DNA from: Candidatus Kuenenia stuttgartensis
GTDB taxonomy: Bacteria; Planctomycetota; Brocadiia; Brocadiales; Brocadiaceae
Length of the DNA stretch: 32,000 nt
Reading direction: 5' to 3'
Assembly (NCBI RefSeq): GCF_900232105.1
Contig: NZ_LT934425.1
Coordinates: 1,770,001-1,802,000, forward strand
The notes beneath the pieces are model-generated. The model made no database searches and had not been told where the DNA came from. It saw only the letters and a list, made by a program, of their open reading frames with translations. Both the position numbers and the translations under genes were made by a program. Positions 1 to 9,587 of the stretch are shown here, piece by piece (the stretch's first letter is position 1; each line of letters begins with the position of its first letter).

Positions 1-878
1 ATTTCTGTCGTATACTTCGGATTTCTCAGTATCTCTAATATTGATAACCACTTATCTATATTCCCATTATTTGTTTTCAGTTGGAGTTTTTGTATGATCA
101 ACTTGTCCAGCCCCTGTTCCATAAGTATAAGAGGTATTTCATACAAATATGGTTTTACATCCTTCTCCTCTATAATTGCGTTTTTATCAACATTACAAAA
201 AAGCGATATCTTTTCTTTTATCTCTTCGCTCAAATGTTTCTCTGTCCTGCATATAATAATATCCGGCTGCACACCAGCCTGCCGTAACATACCAACACTG
301 TGTTGTGTAGGTTTTGTCTTTATTTCGTCTGCCGCACTTAAATATGGCACAAGTGTTAAATGAATGTAGAGTACGTTTCCCCTGCCTATCGTTTGCCCGA
401 ATTGTCTGATTGCTTCAAGAAACAACTGGCTTTCGATATCGCCCACAATGCCGCCAATCTCAGAAATTACCACATCAGTGTCCGGTCCATCCAGCTTTTT
501 AATGCATTCTATAACCTCATTCGTAATATGAGGGATGACCTGCACCGTCTTTCCCAAATATTCGCCATTCCGCTCCTTCATAATAACGGAATAGTAAATA
601 GACCCTGTAGTAAAGTTACAGTATTTGTTTGTTTCTGCATTGGTAAATCTTTCATAATGCCCGAGGTCCAGATCCGTTTCCGCGCCATCTTCAGTTACAT
701 ATACTTCTCCATGTTCATACGGGCTCATCGTTCCCGGATCAACGTTGACATACGGATCAAATTTCTGCAATCGCACCTTTAATCCTCTGCTCTCCAGTAA
801 CATCCCTATAGAAGCAGAATTTAAGCCCTTCCCGAGTGACGATACTACTCCGCCCGTAACAAAAATATGTTTAGTCAT
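1..878 (-). CDS. pyrG: CTP synthase, N-terminal part (gene continues beyond window start)
   Basis: Reverse-strand translation [78 protein letters not shown] is the classic CTP synthase N-terminus. ATG at 878..876. Confidence 0.97.
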   Translation of the reverse strand, partial: MTKHIFVTGGVVSSLGKGLNSASIGMLLESRGLKVRLQKFDPYVNVDPGTMSPYEHGEVYVTEDGAETDLDLGHYERFTNAETNKYCNFTTGSIYYSVIMKERNGEYLGKTVQVIPHITNEVIECIKKLDGPDTDVVISEIGGIVGDIESQLFLEAIRQFGQTIGRGNVLYIHLTLVPYLSAADEIKTKPTQHSVGMLRQAGVQPDIIICRTEKHLSEEIKEKISLFCNVDKNAIIEEKDVKPYLYEIPLILMEQGLDKLIIQKLQLKTNNGNIDKWLSILEILRNPKYTTE

Positions 879-1629
879 TTTTATGTCTTTCTATAAATTC
901 CATCAAATCATTTTTAGTATTTATACCACACGATACATACTCAGTAATTGCCACTTTTATTTTATATCCATTTGAAAGCGCCCTAAGTTGTTCAAGTTTT
1001 TCCGCCATCTCTAATTTCGATGGCAATAAATTACGGTACTTCAGCAAAAAGTCCCTGCGATATCCATATATTCCAAGGTGTCTTAAAAATTCTCTGCCAT
1101 TTCCTTGTTCATCATTATCCCGCACATATGGTATTTGAGAACGGGAAAAGTAGAGTGCATATCCGTTATTATCCAATACCACCTTTACACAGTTTGGATC
1201 TCTTAATGCCTCCGCATTTTCTATTCTGTTTGCAAGGGTTGACATTACCGCGTTATCATCTTTCTCCAGCACATCAATAACTAAATCGACCATTGCACCG
1301 TTCATTTCCGGCTCATCTCCCTGCACGTTTACGATAAAATCCGCATCTATCCTTTCAGCAATTTCAGAGATCCTATCTGTGCCGGAATGATACTCCCCTG
1401 AAGTCATTTCTGCCACACCCCCAAAACCCTTTACGATATCAAAAATCTGCCTGCTGTCCGTTGCAACAATTACCTTTTCAATACCCCTGGCGGATTTCAC
1501 ATTTTGATACACATGCTCTATTATATACCTCCCCGTAATATCTTTTACTTCCTGTAAAATCAATTTCCCCTGTAATCGTGAAGAATCATATCTTGCAGGA
1601 ATTATTACCACCGATTTATGCTTATTCAT
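871..1629 (-). CDS. kdsB: 3-deoxy-manno-octulosonate cytidylyltransferase (CMP-KDO synthetase)
   Basis: [24 protein letters not shown]...; NVQGDEPEM; [11 protein letters not shown]; [12 protein letters not shown] motifs. Overlaps pyrG start by 8 nt. Confidence 0.95.
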   Translation of the reverse strand: MNKHKSVVIIPARYDSSRLQGKLILQEVKDITGRYIIEHVYQNVKSARGIEKVIVATDSRQIFDIVKGFGGVAEMTSGEYHSGTDRISEIAERIDADFIVNVQGDEPEMNGAMVDLVIDVLEKDDNAVMSTLANRIENAEALRDPNCVKVVLDNNGYALYFSRSQIPYVRDNDEQGNGREFLRHLGIYGYRRDFLLKYRNLLPSKLEMAEKLEQLRALSNGYKIKVAITEYVSCGINTKNDLMEFIERHKND

Positions 1630-1817
1630 ATAGTATCCAAATGTGTATTTTTACTCTATGCACGATAAGAGCTTAATTCTATTAAAGTGTATGGCATATT
1701 CAAATGTTTTTTAAAAGATTCTTTTGCAGAAAAACTCCCAGTAGTACCTTATCGGTATCAGATCGGCGACGGCAAATTGCAAATTGCAGATTGAGGACTG
1801 AGGACTGAGGACTATTT

Positions 1818-3689
1818 TCATGCTTGCTGAACACTGGCTTTGCCAGCGTAGGGTAAAAAATGTTGCGACCTGGTACAGCTTCCACATTCAGGGCACCTGT
1901 CCAGCCTGCAATCCTGCGTTATTTCTTTTCGTGATGATCGTTCCGACTCCTGCAGGAGAAACGGCCTCACTACCCCACAATTTATGTGTTCCCACGGCAA
2001 GATTTCATCCGTTTCTCTGGTACGATGGATGTAAAAATGCCAATCTATTCCTGCCCTATGAAACACATCCATCCACTTTTCAAATTGAAAATGCTCTTCC
2101 CATGCATCAAACTTACACCCATGCATCCACGCAGTATAAATAACCTTCCCGAGTCTTCTGTCTCCACGGGCAAAGATTCCTTCCAGAATACTACGCTCCG
2201 CCTTATGAAATTTTATGCGAATGTTTTTCCTTTTTATTCTCTGGTAGAGTCTTTCTCTTATTTCCTTAATCCTATCCATGGAAACCATCGGCTGCCACTG
2301 GTAGGGAGTATGGGCCTTCGGGATAAAAGGGGCAATGCTTATATTCACTTGGCCATAATGGCCTCTCACCTTTTTCATTACATCAGAAACGTCATAAGCC
2401 AATGCTGCAATTGCCTCAATGTCATCATCTGTTTCTGTGGGAAGACCTATCATGAAATACAGCTTTACCGCATTCCATCCCTGCCTGAACGCCTCTTCAA
2501 TGCCTCTGAAAAAATCCTCATTCGTAATGTTTTTGTTTATTACTCTCCTGAGAGAAGGTTTCGCCGCTTCCAACGCTATCGTTAACCCTGATTTTCGTAC
2601 CGTATTCAACATGGAAGGCAATAAAGCAAGCTGTTCATTCACCCTGAGAGAAGGAAACGCAATGTTTACATGCCTTGGTGCAAAAACATGATTCATTTTA
2701 CCCATCAGTTGCTCTAAATGCGGATAATCGCTCACCGAAAGGGACATTAATGATATTTCATTATACCCTGTATTCGCATAAGATTCTTCCGCCAACCGCA
2801 GGATGTTCTCAACCGTCCGCGGGCGGGTCGGACGCTTGCTCATCCCCGCCTGGCAAAACCTGCAACCCTGTGTACACCCTCGCATGATCTCAATACTAAT
2901 ACGGTCGTGAATTATTTTTACAAAAGGAATAACCGGTTTCGTTGGGTGGTATGCTGCGTTTAAATCCTCAATTGCGGCAGATCGGACAGAGGACGGTACG
3001 CCGGGGATTTTGGGGCGTATTTCTTTTATTGTATTGTCACTATTATAAAATACATCGTATTGTGAAGGCACATATGCATTTCTCATTTTTGTGCTAATAA
3101 GAAAAAGTTTTTCCTGCCGGGAAAGTTTTTGTTGTTTCATTTCTTTAAATAATTCAACAAATTGCGGTAAACTTTCCTCTCCATCGCCAACAAGAAAAAC
3201 ATCAATAAACTCCGCTAATGGTTCCGGCGAAATCGCTATTGCGCCACCCGCTATAACAAGGGGGTCTTCTTCTCCGCGAGCAGTGGATAAAACAGGAATG
3301 TTCGATAGATCCAGCATATTGAGAATATTCGTATATGACAACTCGTACTGAACAGAAAATCCCAAAATATCAAACTCATGTAACGGCGTATATGTTTCCA
3401 ACGAAAATAAAGGTTTCTTATGTGCTCTTAAAAGAGCCTCCATGTCGGTCAACGGTGCAAATGCCCTTTCACAGACAGTATCTTTGCGGTCGTTTAGCAA
3501 TCCATACAGGATTTGCATCCCCGCATGGGACATTCCAATGCTGTAGGTATCCGGGAACGCCAGGGCTATCTTCACAGCAACATCGGAATGGTTTTTTACA
3601 ATAACATTGCATTCTTTTCCAATATATTGTCCGGGCATTTCTACCTTTGGCAATATGTTTTCTACGATATATTTTCTAAGAGAATTCAT
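1818..3689 (-). CDS. B12-binding-domain radical SAM protein (TIGR03960-like)
   Basis: 623-aa ORF with SIEIMRGCTQGCRFCQAGM (CxxxCxxC radical SAM cluster motif) and an N-terminal B12-binding-like region (AFPDTYSIGMSHAGMQILY). The C-terminal end lies in a dispersed repeat. Confidence 0.88.
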   Translation of the reverse strand: MNSLRKYIVENILPKVEMPGQYIGKECNVIVKNHSDVAVKIALAFPDTYSIGMSHAGMQILYGLLNDRKDTVCERAFAPLTDMEALLRAHKKPLFSLETYTPLHEFDILGFSVQYELSYTNILNMLDLSNIPVLSTARGEEDPLVIAGGAIAISPEPLAEFIDVFLVGDGEESLPQFVELFKEMKQQKLSRQEKLFLISTKMRNAYVPSQYDVFYNSDNTIKEIRPKIPGVPSSVRSAAIEDLNAAYHPTKPVIPFVKIIHDRISIEIMRGCTQGCRFCQAGMSKRPTRPRTVENILRLAEESYANTGYNEISLMSLSVSDYPHLEQLMGKMNHVFAPRHVNIAFPSLRVNEQLALLPSMLNTVRKSGLTIALEAAKPSLRRVINKNITNEDFFRGIEEAFRQGWNAVKLYFMIGLPTETDDDIEAIAALAYDVSDVMKKVRGHYGQVNISIAPFIPKAHTPYQWQPMVSMDRIKEIRERLYQRIKRKNIRIKFHKAERSILEGIFARGDRRLGKVIYTAWMHGCKFDAWEEHFQFEKWMDVFHRAGIDWHFYIHRTRETDEILPWEHINCGVVRPFLLQESERSSRKEITQDCRLDRCPECGSCTRSQHFLPYAGKASVQQA

Positions 3690-3701
3690 ACGTGTCCTTA
3701 A

Positions 3702-4793
3702 TTATTCAGAGGCAAGATCGATCTTTGAACGGCTTTTTACATTAAACACAATAGAGAGGGCAATAAAAGAGGCAAGCATTGAAGATCCTCCATAGCTAAT
3801 AAACGGCAGTGTCATCCCAACAATCGGAGCTATCCCTAAATTCATCGCGATATTAACGACAACCTGTGTCGCAAACATGGTGAACACTCCAACAACAACA
3901 AGGCGCCCGAATGGCTCCCTGGTATTCCTGGCAATGCCGAGCCCGCACATAAAAAAAACCACATAAAGAAATAAAATAAAACACGCCCTCAAAAACCCCC
4001 ACTCTTCAGCAATAACGGCAAAAATAAAATCCGTATGCCTTTCGGGGAGAAATTTCAGTCTGTTTTGAGAGCCATTTCCCCATCCTGCTCCCAGCAACCC
4101 CCCTGAACCGACAGCAATAAGGGATTGAAGCCGATGATACCCTGCGCCCCAATCTGACGTCTTTTCAGGCCAAAGAACGCCAAGAATCCTCATCTTCTGA
4201 TAGGGGTGCATCACAAAAAACCAAAGAAGTGGAGAGACGGCAAGCGACATACAAAACATTGATATGAGGTAAAAAATACGAATCCCGGCAACATACAACA
4301 TGGCGATTAATACCGGAACCAATATAAGTGCTGTACCTAAATCAGGTTGTTTTATGATAAGGGCCATGGGAATTATAGTTAAAAGAATTGCAATCCCGAC
4401 ATCACACAACCCGAGCCCGTATTTTTTATACCTTAGAAATCTCGCAAGCGCAAGAATTAAGGTTATTTTCATAAACTCCGCCGGTTGTATCGAAAAGGAA
4501 CCTATCGAAAACCATCGGCGTGTTCCTTTTACAGAATCTCCAAGAATCAACAACAAAACCAGAAGACAAAGTACGCAGACATAAATGATGTAGGAATAAT
4601 ACGCAAACAATAAATAATCAAAAGAAAGAAGAATGAAAAAAAATATAAATCCCATCCCAATCCATACAAATTGCTTCATTACAAATTTTTCATTTGATGC
4701 GCTTAAAATAAAAAACACCCCAATTATCAGCAGAATGCATATTACCGGGAAAATAATCCAATCAAAATTTTTTGTCCTGATATCACCAATCAT
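3702..4793 (-). CDS. rodA: Rod-shape-determining membrane protein RodA (SEDS family peptidoglycan polymerase)
   Basis: FtsW/RodA/SpoVE signatures KQPDLGTALILVPVLIAML, GAGWGNGSQNRLKFLPERHTDFIFAVIAEEWGF, GMTLPFISYGGSSM; directly downstream of PBP2. Confidence 0.95.
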   Translation of the reverse strand: MIGDIRTKNFDWIIFPVICILLIIGVFFILSASNEKFVMKQFVWIGMGFIFFFILLSFDYLLFAYYSYIIYVCVLCLLVLLLILGDSVKGTRRWFSIGSFSIQPAEFMKITLILALARFLRYKKYGLGLCDVGIAILLTIIPMALIIKQPDLGTALILVPVLIAMLYVAGIRIFYLISMFCMSLAVSPLLWFFVMHPYQKMRILGVLWPEKTSDWGAGYHRLQSLIAVGSGGLLGAGWGNGSQNRLKFLPERHTDFIFAVIAEEWGFLRACFILFLYVVFFMCGLGIARNTREPFGRLVVVGVFTMFATQVVVNIAMNLGIAPIVGMTLPFISYGGSSMLASFIALSIVFNVKSRSKIDLASE

Positions 4794-4842
4794 CTTGCTT
4801 TAACACTCTTTAAAAATAGTTCTGTTTTTCACCTTTTCATCC

Positions 4843-6771
4843 TTAAGACGATTGCGCCAATTCCGGATATAAAAAAGATAATAACTCCTTTGCAATGGGA
4901 ACTGCAATTGCACCGCCATGTTCAGAGGTATGTTCTACCAGTACGAGAAAAACGTATTGAGGCTTATCGTGCGGTGCATAGCCGGCAAACCATGCATGAT
5001 TATCACCTGGACGGCCCGTTTCTGCCGTCCCGGTTTTGCCTGCTGCCTTGTAAACCTCCAAACCTTTATTTTGCGCCGTACCGCGGAGGACAACATCGTG
5101 GAGGGATTCACGTATAACGTTTAAAATTTCAGGACGAATATTGATTTTTTTCTCCTTGCTATGAGTGAAAGTTTTCACGGTTTCCCCATTTTTGTTTGTT
5201 ATTTTCAGCATTACATGCGGCTGTACAAGTGTACCGCCATTCGCAATAGCAGCATACGCCCGAACCATCTGGAGGGGCGTGGTTAACAGTGCTCCCTGAC
5301 CTATTGAAAAATTCATGGCAGTCGCCGTTGTCTGAATCTCCGGGAGGTTTCCAGCTTTTTCGAACAGAAGATCTATGCCCGTTTCCTCGCCTATGCCAAA
5401 TTTTTTTGCCCCGTCGTACAATAATTTTTTCTCGAGTCTTTTGGCCGTTTCAAAAAAGAAGACATTGCACGAAAAGGGAAGGGCATCTTCTATGGTTATC
5501 AACCCATGCCCGCTTTTCTGCCAGCACCGGAAAATGATATTTTTATAATTAGTATAGCCATTGCACTCATAACCAGTATGCGCATGTATATTGTTTTCAT
5601 TCATTGCCGTTATTGCGGTAATTGCTTTAAAAATAGAACCCGGAGGCAAAGCGCCCTGTATCGCCCTGTCAAGCAATGGTTTTGCACTATCCTTATTAAG
5701 ACGGGCAAAATCCTTATTCAATGTGTTGGGATTAAACCGGGGATTATTTACCATGGCGATTACTTCTCCCGTCCATGGTTCCATAACAATAATTACGCCA
5801 CGGTTTTTCCCCAATGCCTTTTCCGCATGCGCCTGTATTTTGCTGTCAATCGTTAAATAAATATCATTACCCGGAACGGGCGGCCTTTCCAATACAATTT
5901 TTTCTATTTGAGTATTTTTGCAAATAATTTCTTCAAACCTTTTTCCCCGCATACCACGCAACTCTTCCTCATATTTCGCTTCAACGCCCGCCCTGCCAAT
6001 AAGGTCGTCTTTCGCGTATCCTTCATAAAGCAACAAGGGATTTTCATCTGCTGAACGACCGGAATCTAAAACAAAATTATCCCATTTTTTACTGTATTCC
6101 TGCCATTCCTTACCGGTGAGTTTTCCCAAATATCCGAGTACATGAGAAGCAATCTCCTGCTTCGGATATACCCTCTTTGACCTTGGTGTAACACGCACTT
6201 CCGGGAATGTATCCTTTTCAACCTCAATCTGAATGGCCTTTTCTATCGGTACGTCATAAACGACAGGATAATATCCGTTCTCTTCTTTGATGAGGACAGG
6301 CTTTCCGAATTTTTTCTCCATGTTCTTTTTCAACTTTTCTACTTTCATAACCGCCTTTTTGGAATCTCTCAATAATTTATCACGTGAAGTATTTAATACA
6401 CGGGACAAATTATCCATCCACGCCTCCATGTCTGCATGACATTCCTTGCATGATTTATCTGTATCTTTGTGCACCTTTAACTCCGCAACCCGTGGAACAG
6501 TATTGTTACCGTATACGATAGAACTATAGAGTAATTTCTTATATTTTACCGAGATATCGAAGGCATGGTGATCAATCGCCAAAACATCTCCTTGCCGGTC
6601 AAAAATGGTTCCCCGAACCGCCTCCAACGGATAGCTTCTGATTCTGCGTGTTTTGGATATTCCCTTGTATTTACTGGTTTCAATAATCTGCAAATAAAAA
6701 AGCCTTCCCGCAATACAAAAAATACAGAGTAAAAATAGTATTAAAATATGTTTATTCCGGTTAAAGTACAT
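4843..6771 (-). CDS. mrdA: Penicillin-binding protein 2 (peptidoglycan D,D-transpeptidase)
   Basis: RGTIFDRQGDVLA, GRAGVEAKYEEELRG, catalytic IQGALPPGSIFKAITAI (SIFK), YKAAGKTGTAETG (KTGT). mre/rod gene context. Confidence 0.95.
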   Translation of the reverse strand: MYFNRNKHILILFLLCIFCIAGRLFYLQIIETSKYKGISKTRRIRSYPLEAVRGTIFDRQGDVLAIDHHAFDISVKYKKLLYSSIVYGNNTVPRVAELKVHKDTDKSCKECHADMEAWMDNLSRVLNTSRDKLLRDSKKAVMKVEKLKKNMEKKFGKPVLIKEENGYYPVVYDVPIEKAIQIEVEKDTFPEVRVTPRSKRVYPKQEIASHVLGYLGKLTGKEWQEYSKKWDNFVLDSGRSADENPLLLYEGYAKDDLIGRAGVEAKYEEELRGMRGKRFEEIICKNTQIEKIVLERPPVPGNDIYLTIDSKIQAHAEKALGKNRGVIIVMEPWTGEVIAMVNNPRFNPNTLNKDFARLNKDSAKPLLDRAIQGALPPGSIFKAITAITAMNENNIHAHTGYECNGYTNYKNIIFRCWQKSGHGLITIEDALPFSCNVFFFETAKRLEKKLLYDGAKKFGIGEETGIDLLFEKAGNLPEIQTTATAMNFSIGQGALLTTPLQMVRAYAAIANGGTLVQPHVMLKITNKNGETVKTFTHSKEKKINIRPEILNVIRESLHDVVLRGTAQNKGLEVYKAAGKTGTAETGRPGDNHAWFAGYAPHDKPQYVFLVLVEHTSEHGGAIAVPIAKELLSFLYPELAQSS

Positions 6772-6774
6772 GGG

Positions 6775-7272
6775 TTATTCTCCCGTGGATCTGAAATTTT
6801 TGGCAGGTTGCAGCTTATTAAAGAGATAAAACAAAAATGGAGTAACGGCCGCCGTGTACGAAGAACAAATAAAGATCATCCATATCGTTGAAGAAATGTC
6901 TGCAGACCGGCAGGATATTGCAGTATGTAAGGCATAGAGTACATTATAGAGAAGAGAAAAAATAAATGTGACCAATATTTTAGTCACTAAATGTCCCCGA
7001 AATAACACTCCCCTTATTGACCATATAAAAAAACCGACTGCAACAAAAAAAATAGCATTAACCCCCAAGGTGCCTTCAGATAATAAATCTTTTGATATCC
7101 CAATAAACCAGCTCGTAACCACATTTCGTTTCACATCAATAAAAAAAGAATAAAAAACCACTAATGAAAAATAAAGATCGGGCGTTGCAGTGCCAATATT
7201 AATCCAATTCATCAATGTTGATTGAAAAAGGGAAATACATAGTAGTATGCAAAAAAAGGTTATCCAGCGCAT
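6775..7272 (-). CDS. mreD: Rod-shape-determining protein MreD-like membrane protein
   Basis: 165-aa hydrophobic ORF between mreC and mrdA, with MreD-like topology and position. Confidence 0.8.
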   Translation of the reverse strand: MRWITFFCILLCISLFQSTLMNWINIGTATPDLYFSLVVFYSFFIDVKRNVVTSWFIGISKDLLSEGTLGVNAIFFVAVGFFIWSIRGVLFRGHLVTKILVTFIFSLLYNVLYALHTAISCRSADISSTIWMIFICSSYTAAVTPFLFYLFNKLQPAKNFRSTGE

Positions 7273-7611
7273 GGCAATGTTTTAAAAATATTCAATCGTA
7301 TCCTTGCAGAAAGATGCAGGGTGCTTTCCCCTGCAATGTTCATCGTTCACTCTAAGCTGGCATAGCCGGAAATAAAAAATACGAAACAAATTCTAATGAC
7401 AAAATGATTTGAAATTCTAAACAAATGCATCTTTCGTATCTCGCATTTCATGCTTCATATTGTTGTATGTTTTGGATTTGTTTTGAATTTTATACTTTGT
7501 TATTAGAATTTGTTTCGTATTTCCGGCTTGTCCATGCGGGGGAATTGTAATTTACTGTAACACTTTCGTCTGGGGAACGAGCAGCAACCGTTTATATCAA
7601 ATGTTTCTCCC

Positions 7612-8445
7612 CTACTCCTTTATTACCAAAACATTTTCAATCCTTGATATATTTACCAGGGGCAATGCTTTTACGCTTTGAAAAATAGCGCCGCCTTTCG
7701 TCTCATTCGCTATCACTGTAGCAATTGGCAGGGATGCTATATAAAATGATCCTACGTCAGAAGTTACGACTTTATCCGATTTTTTTAACGTCGTCCACCG
7801 CGGCACATATTTTAACTGACAATAAGGAGATGCATTACCTTCTATTATAACCTGGTCCCTTGTCCGGAGTATTCTTCCCGGAATACGTGATGCGGGATCG
7901 GTAATCAACCGAACCTGACTGGTTCTGGCTCCTGCAACAGAAATCACCCCGACTAGCGCATTTTTTGCCACTACAACATTATTGTCTTTAACGCCATGTT
8001 TTATGCCGACGTTAATAGTGATGCTTCTTCTGAAAATGGAGGTATCGTATCCAATAATGTCGGCCGGAATGATGTGAGATTTTGTTTTTTTTTGTTCTTT
8101 ATGAAATTCAGAAACTGCGCTTAATTTATCTTGTAATTTGTAATTAGTATCCTGCAATTCAATAATTTTATTTTTAAGCTCTGCAACTTCATTTTCCCGT
8201 TCCGTATTTGTCTCATTTTCCGCCCAAATATATGCAATTCTATGGAAAAAATCACTTGCCGTATTGCTGGATAAACACGTCGCCCACTGAAATGGCCTGA
8301 CTGGCATTACACATGCCATTTTTATTCCATTTGAAACGTTAAGAGGCAGGAATAATAGTAGTAAGGAAATGGTAAGAACGAGGGTTGTAATAGTGAATGG
8401 ACGAGATAAGATCTCGTTAAAATTAGGTTTGGAGGTCCTCATCAT
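7612..8445 (-). CDS. mreC: Rod-shape-determining protein MreC
   Basis: N-terminal TM, coiled coil (AELKNKIIELQDTNYKLQDKLSAV), IIGYDTSIFRRSITINVGIKHGVKDNNVVVAKNALVGVI, LITDPASRIPGRILRT, GLVTSDVG-like segment. Probable start MMRTSKPNF at 8445, not the longer listed ORF. Confidence 0.92.
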   Translation of the reverse strand: MMRTSKPNFNEILSRPFTITTLVLTISLLLLFLPLNVSNGIKMACVMPVRPFQWATCLSSNTASDFFHRIAYIWAENETNTERENEVAELKNKIIELQDTNYKLQDKLSAVSEFHKEQKKTKSHIIPADIIGYDTSIFRRSITINVGIKHGVKDNNVVVAKNALVGVISVAGARTSQVRLITDPASRIPGRILRTRDQVIIEGNASPYCQLKYVPRWTTLKKSDKVVTSDVGSFYIASLPIATVIANETKGGAIFQSVKALPLVNISRIENVLVIKE

Positions 8446-9478
8446 ATAAAACAGCTTTAAATAAATCCAGATTTTCAAGGAGGTATCCTGTACCCTTTGC
8501 AACAGCAGTTAAGGGATCGTCAGCGACTCTCACCGGCAGGCCGGTTTCTTCCGCCAGCAGTGTATCCAGCCTTTTAATTAAAGCACCACCCCCTACCAAT
8601 ACTAAACCATTGGTTAGTAAGTCGGATGCAAGTTCCGGGGCAGTTTTTTCCAGGGTGGCCTTCACAGCATGCACTATCTTATCAATGGGTTCTTTTAACG
8701 CCTCACGGATCTCTTCGGAACCAATATTCGTGGCCCTTGGCAACCCGGCAATTGCATCCCTTCCGCGAACTTCCATTTTCAATTCTTCTTCCAGCGGGTA
8801 GGCAGACCCTATCAATATCTTTATTTGTTCCGCCGTTCGATGCCCTATGTCAAGGTTGTAAGTCTTCCTCACATACTGAACAATCGCCTCATCCAGCTCG
8901 TCTCCCGCAATTCTAAGGCTTTCGTGAGTAAATATATCGCCAAGGCAAAGCACAGCAACCTCTGTTGTGCCTCCCCCTATATCAACAACCATACTTGCTT
9001 CCGGTTCCCCGACGGGAAGTCCCACTCCAATTGCGGCGGCCTTTGGTTCTGAAACAAGGTACACTTCGCGTGCTCCGGCCCTTTCCGCCGAATTCACCAC
9101 CGCTCGTTTTTCTACCGCAGTGATCCCGGACGGTATCGCAATCAATATCCTTGGCCGTACGCCCCATTTGCGCTTGTGAACCTTTGTGATAAAGTATTTC
9201 AGCATTGCTTCCGTAATATCGAAATCCGCAATTACGCCATTTTTAAGCGGACGAATAACGGAAATGCTGCTCGGCGCTTTTTCCAGCATAGATTTTGCGA
9301 CAATCCCTACCGCCCTGCCGTTCAAAAGAACTTTGTTTGTACCGGGCTTTACCGCCACCACGGAGGGTTCCGACAATACAATGCCATGACCGGGTATGCA
9401 AACAAGTGTGTTTGCAGTACCAAGATCAATCCCCATATCTGTTGAAACAAAGCCCAAAATAAAGTCTAACGGATGCAT
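8423..9478 (-). CDS. mreB: Rod-shape-determining protein MreB (actin-like)
   Basis: MGIDLGTANTLVCIPGHGIVLSEPSVVAV, MVVDIGGGTTEVAVLCLGD, LTNGLVLVGGGALI, AVAKGTGYLLENL. Likely start MHPLDFILGF at 9478. Confidence 0.96.
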   Translation of the reverse strand: MHPLDFILGFVSTDMGIDLGTANTLVCIPGHGIVLSEPSVVAVKPGTNKVLLNGRAVGIVAKSMLEKAPSSISVIRPLKNGVIADFDITEAMLKYFITKVHKRKWGVRPRILIAIPSGITAVEKRAVVNSAERAGAREVYLVSEPKAAAIGVGLPVGEPEASMVVDIGGGTTEVAVLCLGDIFTHESLRIAGDELDEAIVQYVRKTYNLDIGHRTAEQIKILIGSAYPLEEELKMEVRGRDAIAGLPRATNIGSEEIREALKEPIDKIVHAVKATLEKTAPELASDLLTNGLVLVGGGALIKRLDTLLAEETGLPVRVADDPLTAVAKGTGYLLENLDLFKAVLYDEDLQT

Positions 9479-9587
9479 TTTTATTCTCTGGAAATGTACC
9501 CCCGCAGCAGTGCTTATTTTCTGCAAGTATAATAAATATAATAGTTAACAATTAAATCAGGATTATACGTTTATTATTTACAGAATG

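Noticed and set aside
1700-1885. 61-aa minus ORF MEAVPGRNIFYP...
   Set aside because: Lies in the dispersed repeat and overlaps the end of the radical SAM gene; no support as a real protein.
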